39,975 bases of DNA from Ferroacidibacillus organovorans (GCF_001642725.1 NZ_LSUQ01000006.1:62001-101975); one strand, 5' to 3'; counted from the first letter of the stretch, positions 18,309 through 27,091 are shown. Notes: generated by a model not told the origin, from the sequence alone. Program-made: numbers and translations.

Positions 18309-20138
18309 ATGTGTGGAATTGTTGGCTATGTTGGACGTCGGCAAGCGCAGGATGTCCTGTTGTCGGGACTTGAAAAGCTGGAGTATCGTGGGTATGACTC
18401 AGCGGGCGTGGCGATTTTTGAAGATGGCGAGGTGCGCGTGGAAAAGTCGGTGGGCCGACTCGCGGTGCTCGGTGACGCGCTTATTGCACACCCTGTACGT
18501 GGAAATCAGGGGATCGGTCACACGCGATGGGCGACGCACGGGCGCCCCTCGAACGAGAATGCGCATCCGCACGCGGATTGCTCGCGCGCGTTTGTCGTTG
18601 TGCACAATGGAATCATTGAAAACTATCAGTCGCTGCGCGAGCAGTTGATGGAGAGCGGGCATTCATTCGCCTCAGAAACGGACACCGAGATTGTGGCGCA
18701 TCTCCTGGAAGAAGCGTGGACGGGCGATCTCTTTTCGACCGTGCTCGCGGTGCTTCCAAACTTGCGCGGTGCGTACGCGCTTGCGATCATGGCGAAGGAT
18801 GAACCAGGGAAGTTAATCGCGGTGCGCAAACAGTCGCCATTGGTCATCGGTCTTGGCGACGGGGAGCAATTCTTGGCGTCGGATATCCCTGCGCTCCTTG
18901 AATATACGCGGGACGTGTACATCCTCGAAGACGGGGAGCTTGCCGTTTTAGAGGCGGATCGCGTAGCCTGTTACGATCTCGCGGGGAATCCGGTTGGCAA
19001 AGAGATCTTCAACGTGACCTGGGATGCGGTTGCCGCCGAAAAGGGCGGCTATGAGCATTTCATGCTCAAGGAGATTCACGAGCAGCCAAAAGCGGTGCGT
19101 GACACGCTCAGCGGGCGGATCGCGGAAGATGGCTCGGCAGTGACGCTTGGCGAGCTTGACTTAAGCGAAGAAGTCGTTCAATCGATTGATCGCATCCACA
19201 TTGTCGCGTGCGGCACGTCGTACCACGCGGGACTTGTCGGCAAAGTTGCGATTGAAACGCTCGCGCGCATTCCTGTGGACGTTGAAATTGCGTCAGAATA
19301 TCGCTATCGCAACCCGATTGTAACGGATCGCACGTTGATTCTGGTCATCTCGCAGTCCGGGGAGACGGCCGATACGCTGGCTGCGCTTCGCAATGCGAAG
19401 ATGGCCGGCAATCGCGTCATGGCGATCACAAACGTGGTCGGCAGTTCAGCGGCGCGGGAGGCAGATCACGTTCTCGTCACGTGGGCTGGGCCTGAGATTT
19501 CCGTCGCTTCGACAAAGGCGTACACGACCCAGTTGATCGCTCTCTACCTGTTTGCGACGTATCTCGGGCAGATCAAGGGAACGCTCGCCTCTGATGAGCG
19601 TGCAAAACTATTGAACGCCCTGCTGGATCTGCCATTGAAGATTGACGAAGTCTTGAAAACGGCGCCGGCGATCGAGACGATTGCGCGCGATTTCTCTTCG
19701 TGGGATGACGCGTTTTTCCTCGGGCGGGGGCTCGATTTTGCAGTCGCCCTCGAAGGCGCGCTCAAGTATAAGGAGATTTCGTATATCCACGCGGAGGCGT
19801 ATCCGGCGGGCGAGTTGAAACACGGCACGCTGGCGCTGATTACGGAGGACGTCCCGGTCATAGCACTCGTGACGCAGGATGAACTCTACGAGAAAACGGT
19901 CAGCAACATTAAGGAAGTGAAGGCGCGCGACGCGCACGTTCTTGCGCTCGCCTGGGTGGGGGACGAAGAGATTGGCAAGAGTGTGGATCGCGTCCTCTAT
20001 GTGCCGCGCACGCTGCCCTTTTTGGCGCCTGTGCTTCTGGTTGCGCCGCTTCAACTGCTGGCGTATTACGCGTCAGTTGCGCGTGGGAATGACGTCGACA
20101 AACCAAGAAATTTGGCCAAGAGCGTCACGGTGGAATAA
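18309..20138 (+). CDS. glmS: Glutamine-fructose-6-phosphate transaminase (isomerizing)
   Basis: Starts MCGIVG (ATG 18309, SD GGAGG); LEYRGYDSAG, GHTRWATHG, SQSGET; ends DKPRNLAKSVTVE. Confidence 0.99.
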   Translation: MCGIVGYVGRRQAQDVLLSGLEKLEYRGYDSAGVAIFEDGEVRVEKSVGRLAVLGDALIAHPVRGNQGIGHTRWATHGRPSNENAHPHADCSRAFVVVHNGIIENYQSLREQLMESGHSFASETDTEIVAHLLEEAWTGDLFSTVLAVLPNLRGAYALAIMAKDEPGKLIAVRKQSPLVIGLGDGEQFLASDIPALLEYTRDVYILEDGELAVLEADRVACYDLAGNPVGKEIFNVTWDAVAAEKGGYEHFMLKEIHEQPKAVRDTLSGRIAEDGSAVTLGELDLSEEVVQSIDRIHIVACGTSYHAGLVGKVAIETLARIPVDVEIASEYRYRNPIVTDRTLILVISQSGETADTLAALRNAKMAGNRVMAITNVVGSSAAREADHVLVTWAGPEISVASTKAYTTQLIALYLFATYLGQIKGTLASDERAKLLNALLDLPLKIDEVLKTAPAIETIARDFSSWDDAFFLGRGLDFAVALEGALKYKEISYIHAEAYPAGELKHGTLALITEDVPVIALVTQDELYEKTVSNIKEVKARDAHVLALAWVGDEEIGKSVDRVLYVPRTLPFLAPVLLVAPLQLLAYYASVARGNDVDKPRNLAKSVTVE

Positions 20139-20139
20139 T

Positions 20140-20194
20140 AAAAAGGCAAGCAGAGAGCGGCTGTTGTAGGTTGTTCTCTGCTTGTCCCGTCTTT
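20140..20194. terminator. Long hairpin terminator after glmS
   Basis: GGCAAGCAGAGAGCGGC (20145-20161) pairs with GTTGTTCTCTGCTTGTC (20170-20186) using G-U pairs. Confidence 0.7.
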
Positions 20195-20282
20195 GGGATC
20201 ACCTATCGATAAAATGATCTTTACCATCGTGGCAATCTCCATAACTGGACAACGAAATTGCGAGTGAGGAACGAGTACATCG

Positions 20283-21092
20283 ATGAACCAGTCAATCGTT
20301 GCGGGAAACCAAGGTAAACGCTATGTAACGAAAGTTCCAGAAATCACGTTCTATTTCTGGATTGTGAAACTCCTGACAACTGCCATGGGCGAGTCAACGT
20401 CTGACTATCTCGTCTACCACATCAATCCTTATGTTGCGGTCATCCTTGGTTTCATCGGCTTTGTGGTTGCACTCATTTTACAGTTTGCGGTGCGCCAATA
20501 TATAGCGTGGATCTACTGGCTTCTGGTCGTCATGGTTGCGATTTTCGGCACTATGGTTGCCGATGTCACGCATATTGTTCTCGGGGTACCGTATTACGCC
20601 TCAACCATCGCTTTTGCCATCCTACTGACCGTGGTGTTTATGACCTGGTATAAGGTAGAGGGCACGTTATCCATCCACAGCATCCATACCCGCCGACGCG
20701 AGCTATTTTACTGGTCGGCCGTGTTGGCTACGTTTGCCATGGGGACGGCATCAGGGGATATGACAGCAACGACCTTTCGTTTAAGGTACTTGGCTTCAGG
20801 TGTTTTATTTATCGTTTTATTTGCACTTCCTGGACTCGGCTACGCATGGCTTCGTCTTCATCCTATCTTTGCGTTCTGGTTTGCATACGTAATGACCAGG
20901 CCGCTTGGGGCATCCATTGCAGATTGGCTTGGAAAGCCAAAAAGCATCACGGGATTAGGTTATGGGGATGGCATTGTTGCGGCAGTATTGACAGTACTCA
21001 TAGTTATTTTTGTAGGGTATTTGACGGTGAGCAAAAGGGATGTTCAACGGCAATTATCGAGAAGTAGGGAGAGTCAGTTCGGACAGGTGTAG
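20283..21092 (+). CDS. COG4705/DUF347-type membrane protein
   Basis: KVPEITFYFWIVKLLTTAMGESTSD, TLSIHSIHTRRRELFYW, FWFAYVMTRPLGASIAD. Confidence 0.85.
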   Translation: MNQSIVAGNQGKRYVTKVPEITFYFWIVKLLTTAMGESTSDYLVYHINPYVAVILGFIGFVVALILQFAVRQYIAWIYWLLVVMVAIFGTMVADVTHIVLGVPYYASTIAFAILLTVVFMTWYKVEGTLSIHSIHTRRRELFYWSAVLATFAMGTASGDMTATTFRLRYLASGVLFIVLFALPGLGYAWLRLHPIFAFWFAYVMTRPLGASIADWLGKPKSITGLGYGDGIVAAVLTVLIVIFVGYLTVSKRDVQRQLSRSRESQFGQV

Positions 21093-21138
21093 GTCAGATT
21101 TGGGTGAAGTGGAGGATTGGAGAAAATGTCTTTTTTTC

Positions 21139-21197
21139 TTGTCGATCGTTAAAAAATGTCGTATTATTACGTTTTACGTAGTAAGTTGAACGTAATA
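21139..21197 (+). promoter_or_regulatory. Sigma-A promoter with PadR-type operator palindromes
   Basis: TTGTCG (21139-21144), 17 bp, TATTAT (21162-21167); TACGT-TTT-ACGTA (21168-21180); TATTACGTT (21165-21173) / AACGTAATA (21189-21197). Confidence 0.65.
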
Positions 21198-21214
21198 CTG
21201 ATGGGGGTAGTGCA

Positions 21215-21535
21215 ATGAGACAGAATGATTTAGGGCGATTCTCGGATGCGTCGTTTCTTATTCTTTCAAGTTTGGCGACCGGTCCAAAACACGGTTATGC
21301 CATGATGGAGGACATTCGTGCATTTAGTGGCACGCAATTGGAACCAGGAACACTTTACGGTGCGATCACACGCTTAGAAAAACAGGGTTGGATCGAAGCA
21401 TTGCCTTCTGAGGAAAGAAGGCGACCATACCGTATGACTGACGAGGGTGTGATGGCGCTTCGCAAGCAGGTTGCAACATTAGAACAAGTCGCTTTCGTGG
21501 GGAAGAACCGGTTGGCCATGATGGGGGGGAATTAA
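21215..21535 (+). CDS. PadR-family transcriptional regulator (short subfamily)
   Basis: ILSSL..GPKHGY, PGTLYGAITRLEKQGWI, RRRPYRMTDEG. Confidence 0.93.
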   Translation: MRQNDLGRFSDASFLILSSLATGPKHGYAMMEDIRAFSGTQLEPGTLYGAITRLEKQGWIEALPSEERRRPYRMTDEGVMALRKQVATLEQVAFVGKNRLAMMGGN

Positions 21536-21963
21536 ATGCGCTTTTTGCTAAAACTCTATCCTCAAGCGTGGCGAGAGCGATATGAAGAAGAAATGTTGGC
21601 AGTACTGATGGAGCACAAAATCACTCCTGCAACGGTTGTGGATCTCTTGATTGGCGCATTCGATGCCCATTTAAACGATAACGGTTTTGCGAAAGGAGCG
21701 AGATTTATGCGCAACCAACTTCGTTCTGGATTGGTTATGACATTCTGTGCGTTCATGGTCTTTGGGGTGGGTTGGGGGGCATTGCAAAGAATCACCGATC
21801 CATTGCCTCTGTTTCAAGCTGTAAATAAGCTATATCCTGAGCTAGGTATTTTACACGATACTGTATTTATTGTTGGTTGTTTTGCGTTTTTAGCTTTCTT
21901 GATCAGCGGACTTCCGATTTTCTTCATTTCTATCAAGCGAGCTTTTGAGAACAAACTATCTTC

Positions 21964-22027
21964 GCAAAAAGCCGATCTATTCCAGCAAAATAAGTTCTAC
22001 TCTGAGTAAAATAAGTTGGTTCCTACA
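21964..22027 (+). repeat. Three contiguous TnsB-like binding sites, 21-bp period
   Basis: GCAAAAAGCCGATCTATTCCA (21964), GCAAAATAAGTTCTACTCTGA (21985), GTAAAATAAGTTGGTTCCTACA (22006). Confidence 0.72.
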
Positions 22028-22028
22028 G

Positions 22029-22075
22029 CACGGGTGGATTCGGGTCAAAAGCCTGAATTAGCCCGTGTTTTTGTG
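22029..22075 (+). terminator. Intrinsic terminator inside the mini-element
   Basis: CACGGGTGGATTCGGGT-CAAAA-GCCTGAATTAGCCCGTG long stem with G-U pairs, followed by TTTTTGTGT. Confidence 0.75.
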
Positions 22076-22246
22076 TTGCAGGGACGAGGCGTTTTGGGAC
22101 AAGGGTAAGGCAAAAACCGAAGGAAATAAGACGCGAAAAAGCCCGATATATCAAGGATTCATGAACCATGCCCGATCAAAAATGAGAAAAAATACATGAC
22201 CAAATCTGCTCTCCCTACGCCCTTCAAGCCGCTCTTGCCCTGTTCT

Positions 22247-22452
22247 TCCACGGAAGCACTTCATTTTACGCAAAATCGATGAATCTGGAAAAATTACGGA
22301 GAAAAATGGGTGGGGAAAGGCGTGATCTACGGAAGAAATTCATTCGACGGTAGAAATTGGGTGAGAGTGAGAAAAGGGCGGGAAAAGCCTTGTGGGGCGT
22401 GGGATTTGGCGGGGTGGAGGCGGGAAGGGTGTAGGGACGAATTTGATTTGAC
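22247..22452 (-). repeat. Three spaced TnsB-like binding sites
   Basis: Minus strand: GTCAAATCAAATTCGTCCCTACA (22452-22430), GTCGAATGAATTTCTTCCGTAGA (22348-22326), GTAAAATGAAGTGCTTCCGTGGA (22269-22247). Confidence 0.78.
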
Positions 22453-23036
22453 GCTCACACAAACAAAAAAATGTATTGATTTTGTTTTGGGTTGCATTGT
22501 CCTGTTTGTTGTTATTTATATTTGAAACCGCTATTCTGGCGAACTGGAACCACATCTCATTCGTCAAGCATCACTTTTATGCATTTTTTCTGAGTTACCT
22601 TGGAGTGGTTGTGATTGAACTCGTCACAGGGGCGGTCTCCGTCTCTTTGACACTTGCGAGAACGGAATATCAATTAAGGGAACTGAGGTTCATGCTCATT
22701 CCTGAAATCATCCTTTGGTTGAGCATGGTGATATCCGTTATTTGTTCAATCGTGCTCATCAGCTTTATTGCTGTTTTCGCGCCACAACTGTTCAACACGC
22801 AGGATGTGGGTAGTCCCATGTTCATCACAGGTCTTATCGGTATGGCGATCGGAACACTCTTTGCTTCGATGGGACTGAAACGCGGAAGGATCATTCGTAT
22901 CAATTGAGAGCAAGGTTTGTTTTTATGTAAATGATAGAGTTAGAGTAGCTATGGGTGGAAGAGGTTGTCCTTGAATCGTATGGATGAATGGGATAACATT
23001 CCATGGAGGGCACATTGATTTACAAATGAAAGGATA

Positions 23037-23414
23037 ATGAAAATGTTACGCGTGAGTTTTGTCAGTATTCCTATATCGGATCAGGATCGCTCTTTAAAAT
23101 TCTACACCGAAAAACTGGGCTTTGACGTTGTGACAGACCAACCGTTTGGCAATGGAACGCGGTGGATTCAGCTTCGACCACCGGGAGCACAGACCGATGT
23201 GGTATTGTTCACACCTCCCGGTCAGGAAGAGCGAATCGGCGGTTTCCAAAGCATGGCATTCACGTGCGAAGATGTCGTGGGGACTTGTAGGATGCTGAAA
23301 GAACGCGGTGTGGAATTTGTGAAGGATGCGGAGCGTGCCAATTGGGGAGGCATGGAGGCTATCTTTAAAGACCCTGATGGGAACACGTTTGTTCTGGCAA
23401 ATCCGAATGAATAG
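23037..23414 (+). CDS. VOC/glyoxalase-family protein
   Basis: SIPISDQDRSLKFYTEKLGF...FKDPDGN. Confidence 0.93.
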   Translation: MKMLRVSFVSIPISDQDRSLKFYTEKLGFDVVTDQPFGNGTRWIQLRPPGAQTDVVLFTPPGQEERIGGFQSMAFTCEDVVGTCRMLKERGVEFVKDAERANWGGMEAIFKDPDGNTFVLANPNE

Positions 23415-23432
23415 AGGCAGGGGTGGGCACCT

Positions 23433-23909
23433 GTGGATGGCTGGGGAGAAGAAAGCACTGTATGGGATTTAAATGAAAAACAGATCATCGTTCTTTACCA
23501 TCAATTGTTGGCTGCATGGAACCACAAAAACGCTCGCGACATGGCCGATCTGTTCGCCGAAGATGGTGAACAGATCGGCTTCGACGGAAGTCTAGCGATT
23601 GGGCAAGCGGAGATCTATTCGCATGTAGCGCCGATCTTCGAACATCACGAGACAGCCCGATTTGTGAGTAAAGTCAAACGCATCCGCTTTCTGTCGACAG
23701 ACATCGCGATCCTTCGGGCTATTGCAGGGATGGTTTCGCCAGGGCAGTCAGACATTAACCCCCAGGTCAATACGCTGCACACATTGGTTGCGGTGCGGAT
23801 GGAAGATACGTGGCGAATCGCACTGTTTCAGAACACACCTGCACAGTTTCACGGTAGAACCGAGTTGGTTGATCAAATGACTGCTGAGTTACGAACGCTG
23901 CTCTCGTGA
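23433..23909 (+). CDS. SnoaL/NTF2-like protein (SgcJ/EcaC family)
   Basis: AWN...ADLFAEDG..IGFDGS...WRIALFQNTPAQFHGR; exact start uncertain. Confidence 0.85.
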   Translation: MDGWGEESTVWDLNEKQIIVLYHQLLAAWNHKNARDMADLFAEDGEQIGFDGSLAIGQAEIYSHVAPIFEHHETARFVSKVKRIRFLSTDIAILRAIAGMVSPGQSDINPQVNTLHTLVAVRMEDTWRIALFQNTPAQFHGRTELVDQMTAELRTLLS

Positions 23910-24003
23910 ACGCGTTTTTTAGATTCTATCGAGTAGACCCCCATGGCGCGAGCGCACCAGTTTGTTCGATGCGATCTTTGAATTATAAAAGAGCATTACT
24001 GGC

Positions 24004-24017
24004 TGTGAGCGGTGACA
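24004..24017 (+). promoter_or_regulatory. Possible CcpA cre site
   Basis: TGTGAGCGGTGACA matches TGWNANCGNTNWCA; about 25 bp upstream of the next -35. Confidence 0.35.
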
Positions 24018-24041
24018 ATGTAACGCGATATCACAACGTGC

Positions 24042-24070
24042 TTGCGAAAACTAATTTGATTAGTTATATT
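24042..24070 (+). promoter_or_regulatory. Sigma-A promoter with TetR-type operator in the spacer
   Basis: TTGCGA (24042-24047), 17 bp, TATATT (24065-24070); palindrome AACTAAT-TTG-ATTAGTT (24049-24065). Confidence 0.7.
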
Positions 24071-24113
24071 ATAAACGCGATTATCCAAATGTCTATTTAA
24101 GTTATCGAGAGGA

Positions 24114-24818
24114 ATGAACATGATGCGCATCATTCACGATGAATTCTTATATCAACTTACGTTTCTTCCAAAAATATTTCCGGTGAATTGTTATTTTGTG
24201 AGGGAGGATGATGGATTAACGTTACTTGATACTGCACTGCCTTATAGTGCAGAGGGCATTGTCACTGCAGCGAAAACGCTAAATATCCCCATCGTAAGAA
24301 TCGTTCTTACGCATGCCCACGGTGATCATATCGGAGCGCTTGACACGTTGAAAAAGGAATTGCCGAATGCATCCGTCTCGATCTCGTGTCGAGACGCACG
24401 CCTGTTGAGAGGTGATCGGACGCTTGATGCAGATGAACCCAATTCGCCAATTCGAGGGGGACTGCCTAAACCGAACACCATTCAAACGACCCCAGACCAT
24501 TTGCTAAAGGATGGGGATCGCATCGGTTCATTGCTTGCCATTTCGACACCTGGCCACACACCGGGTTCGATGTCATTCATCGATACCCGCAACCAATCTC
24601 TCATTGCAGGGGATGCATTTCAGACGAGGGGTGGATTTGCAGTGGCAGGACAATTCAGGCCATTGTTTCCTTTCCCGGCGATGGCAACGTGGAACAAGGA
24701 GGCAGCCATGCACAGCGCTCGTAGAATTCGCGAATTTCGTCCTACACTGCTGGCTGTTGGACACGGGGTAATGGTAAAAAACCCGATAGAATTCATGGAT
24801 CGAGCGATCGAACGCTAG
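24114..24818 (+). CDS. MBL-fold metallo-hydrolase (YobT-like)
   Basis: LTHAHGDHIG, TPGHTPG, AGDA, VGHG. Confidence 0.92.
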   Translation: MNMMRIIHDEFLYQLTFLPKIFPVNCYFVREDDGLTLLDTALPYSAEGIVTAAKTLNIPIVRIVLTHAHGDHIGALDTLKKELPNASVSISCRDARLLRGDRTLDADEPNSPIRGGLPKPNTIQTTPDHLLKDGDRIGSLLAISTPGHTPGSMSFIDTRNQSLIAGDAFQTRGGFAVAGQFRPLFPFPAMATWNKEAAMHSARRIREFRPTLLAVGHGVMVKNPIEFMDRAIER

Positions 24819-24832
24819 GAGAGTGAGGATCA

Positions 24833-25405
24833 TTGGCGCAGGGAGTAAGTGTAAATTTGCAGACCATTTTACAGGCTGCGACAGAGATTGTCGATTCACA
24901 AGGGCTTAAATCCCTCAGTCTCACCTCGGTTGCTCACATGCTCAGTATTCGTCCTCCTTCCTTATACAATCATATCCATGGCCTGTCCGGGCTGCGAACA
25001 GAGATTGCTATCCATGGATGCGATCTCCTGAACTCTGTGATCATGCGGGCGGCGCTTGGAAAATCCGGAGATCGTGCCGTGTACGCCATGGCGGAAGCCT
25101 TTTTAAACTTTGCCCGGATTCATCCAGGATTATATGATGCGGTCCAGGAGATTCATGAATATCAAGATCCGAGGTTGCAGCAAGCTGCAGAGAGGATCGT
25201 TGATACGGTCGTTCAGGTGATGAGGCACTACGGACTTGACGAAGAGAACTCCATTCACACTGTACGTGGTTTTCGTAGTTTGGTGCACGGGTTTGCCTCG
25301 CTGGAGCGTAGTGGGGGATTCAGAATGCCCGTTGATGTGGATCACAGTTTCCGTTTTCTTTTAGACGCATTTTTGACTGGACTTCATGCCATATACAGCG
25401 TTTGA
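24833..25405 (+). CDS. TetR-family regulator (YobS-like)
   Basis: HTH IRPPSLYNH; C-terminal HPGLY...VHGFASLE. Confidence 0.9.
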   Translation: MAQGVSVNLQTILQAATEIVDSQGLKSLSLTSVAHMLSIRPPSLYNHIHGLSGLRTEIAIHGCDLLNSVIMRAALGKSGDRAVYAMAEAFLNFARIHPGLYDAVQEIHEYQDPRLQQAAERIVDTVVQVMRHYGLDEENSIHTVRGFRSLVHGFASLERSGGFRMPVDVDHSFRFLLDAFLTGLHAIYSV

Positions 25406-25435
25406 CAAATGGATAGGGAGCCTTTTACATACTGT

Positions 25436-25480
25436 AAAATACACATGGACGACCGCTGCTTCTATCGCCATGTGTATTTT
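25436..25480. terminator. Bidirectional terminator between convergent genes
   Basis: 13-bp perfect inverted repeat AAAATACACATGG / CCATGTGTATTTT. Confidence 0.75.
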
Positions 25481-25504
25481 CAGATTGCGTAAATATAGAA
25501 AGAA

Positions 25505-26134
25505 TCACATACCGCTCATGGTGGCCATGCCCGAATTCGTGTAAACGTCCGTCTTTGCCACGTTTGATACAAGTGTCATACCGTGAAATGCTGTCCCGAT
25601 ATTCATGTTGGTAGGATTCGCGGCGACAGAACTCGGCGCCGTTCCTGATACGACATAGGCGCGAATGCAAGGCATCGCCAAATTTGAAAACAGCGGTTTG
25701 ACAACATACCAATCTGCGTTGATCACTTCACTGCCGGCAAGGTTCCACCGCACACCAATGATTTGAAAAAGGCCCGCGAGGTTCTTCGAAGCGCCACCCA
25801 CCTTGGCAACCGTCCCCGTATCCGTTACGACAAGCCCCGGAAAGAAGTGACTCGCGCCCGCCTTGAAGTAAGGGCTGGTCGGTGGAACAAATGCGGAAGT
25901 CGCCGGGATTTTCTTGGCGTACGCCGCGGGAATGGTAATCTGGATTTCGACCGTGTAGCCACTCCCCGGTATTTTATCTCCCTGTTGAGGAGAAACCACT
26001 TTCACCTGAGCCATTTGCATCCCTTTTGGCGCGGCCATCGCGCGATGGTGTGTCGCGGCCAACGCGGGAAGCGCCGCCGCCATGGAACTCACCACAAACG
26101 TCGCTGCCAGTCCAAGCTTTGCGATGTTCTTCAT
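25505..26134 (-). CDS. Secreted hypothetical protein with Met/His-rich termini
   Basis: Signal peptide MKNIAK...PALA; SD AAGGAGG; downstream of the ECF sigma/anti-sigma pair. Confidence 0.8.
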   Translation of the reverse strand: MKNIAKLGLAATFVVSSMAAALPALAATHHRAMAAPKGMQMAQVKVVSPQQGDKIPGSGYTVEIQITIPAAYAKKIPATSAFVPPTSPYFKAGASHFFPGLVVTDTGTVAKVGGASKNLAGLFQIIGVRWNLAGSEVINADWYVVKPLFSNLAMPCIRAYVVSGTAPSSVAANPTNMNIGTAFHGMTLVSNVAKTDVYTNSGMATMSGM

Positions 26135-26260
26135 CTGTTCAACCTCCTTAGGATCACCCTCTTTCTAAAGAAACGCGGGCTTTGTACAAACGGTTTTCTC
26201 AGCAACACACAGAATGAGATGTGTCACAAATTGTACAAATCAAAGTCGATTCTGAATGCC

Positions 26261-27091
26261 TCAGGTGACACGGGTTGACGCGTGCAGAATCATCGGTCCC
26301 TGCGGCTTTGGGTCATTCATGTGTGGTTCATGCGAGATATTCACTGCGGAAAATGTCATGTTCTCAGGCACACGGGCTGTTAATACACCTATGCCATTTG
26401 GCTTGACCTGAAGCAGGCCAGCCTTTCGGTGTGTGTGTCCTTGGACAAGCCAAACCGTGTAACACGTGCCAGGTTGAAGTGGATCAAGTCCGTGCACCCA
26501 AACGACCAACTCGCGGGTTCCCTTGTTGTGAATCAGCATCACGACGCCAGTTGTGTGTATATGAGCATTTGCAGGCGCAAAGCTGGCGTAGGTCAGCGGC
26601 GTATTTGACACCGCGAGAGATTGCGGTGGGATGTTGCGGTGCGATGTAGAAACACCAAACCAATAGCCGACGAAAAGGAAGGCGATTGCAGCAAGCGCCA
26701 TTCCGCTTTGCATGAAAGGCGCTCTCTTATCGGCAGAGTGAGAGGAAAAACTTGTCCAGGCGAACCGCTTTACATTTGTGTTGCGCGTTTTAGGTTCAAC
26801 ATCTGCCGCAGGCATTTGAGCGAACGATGGTTCTTCCCATGGGCTGTAAGGCGCGCGCGCCGCGAACGCTTGAGCTAGCGTCCGCATCTTTTGTTCGCTG
26901 GACACGTCAGGTGATGCGTCGATCCTATTTCCAGATAATAGGGCATGGGTCGGCATGAGGTGGTGAAGCTCTCGGTTGCATGATTCACAGCTTCTCAGAT
27001 GCTGTTCAAACGGAAGGCGCTCTTTTTCAGGGAGTTCTCCGAGAAGATAAGCGATGCGCTGATCACACAATGGGAGTTGCGGCATGTTCAT
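26261..27091 (-). CDS. Anti-sigma factor (ZAS + TM + RskA-like C-terminal domain)
   Basis: YLLGEL...FEQHLRSCESC, one TM, YTVWL...AG...ISHEP...PQGP; ATG overlaps the sigma stop codon. Confidence 0.87.
   Translation of the reverse strand: MNMPQLPLCDQRIAYLLGELPEKERLPFEQHLRSCESCNRELHHLMPTHALLSGNRIDASPDVSSEQKMRTLAQAFAARAPYSPWEEPSFAQMPAADVEPKTRNTNVKRFAWTSFSSHSADKRAPFMQSGMALAAIAFLFVGYWFGVSTSHRNIPPQSLAVSNTPLTYASFAPANAHIHTTGVVMLIHNKGTRELVVWVHGLDPLQPGTCYTVWLVQGHTHRKAGLLQVKPNGIGVLTARVPENMTFSAVNISHEPHMNDPKPQGPMILHASTRVT

Larger units (their letters stand above)
21957..22459. mobile_element. Non-autonomous Tn7-like mini-transposon (503 bp, no genes)
   Basis: 5-bp target duplication CAAAC (21952-21956 and 22460-22464); right terminus reads TGTGAGCG inward, left terminus TATCTTCG; three contiguous 21-bp-period sites at the left end and three spaced 23-bp sites at the right end. 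Confidence 0.8.
21536..22907 (+). pseudogene. PadR-associated multi-TM membrane protein (~287 aa) split by the mini-element; fragments 21536-21956 and 22465-22907
   Basis: N-terminal LYPQAWRERYEEEM motif; removing 21957-22464 restores one frame ...KRAFENK-QKNVLILFWVAL... (864 bp including stop). Confidence 0.9.

Noticed and set aside
20157..20235. TGT at 20162 (24 bp after the glmS stop) as a Tn7 end at canonical attTn7, and TAAAATGA at 20210 as a TnsB-like site
   Set aside because: The TGT lies in the loop of an intact hairpin, no repeat array follows it, and I found no partner end with a matching 5-bp duplication; the 8-bp match alone is too weak.
21957..22459. Alternative identities for the insertion: group II intron, IS66-type MITE, or CRISPR mini-array
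   Set aside because: No domain V motif is visible. GTGAGCGTC resembles IS66 ends, but the other end lacks a matching inverted repeat and an 8-bp duplication matches only 7/8. There are no identical repeats with spacers. Asymmetric site arrays plus a perfect 5-bp TSD fit Tn7-like best, though this is not proven.
22448..22480. Outward-facing hybrid promoter from TTGACG in the element end
   Set aside because: No acceptable -10 hexamer at 16-18 bp spacing.
22310..22567. ORF-track ORFs 22310-22525 (+) and 22340-22567 (-)
   Set aside because: They cross the element boundary and overlap the repeat sites and the real gene fragment; likely spurious.
24004..24030. TGTGAGCG identical to the mini-element terminal 8 bp, as a second transposon end
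   Set aside because: Not followed by the 23-bp site consensus; better explained as a cre-like site or chance.
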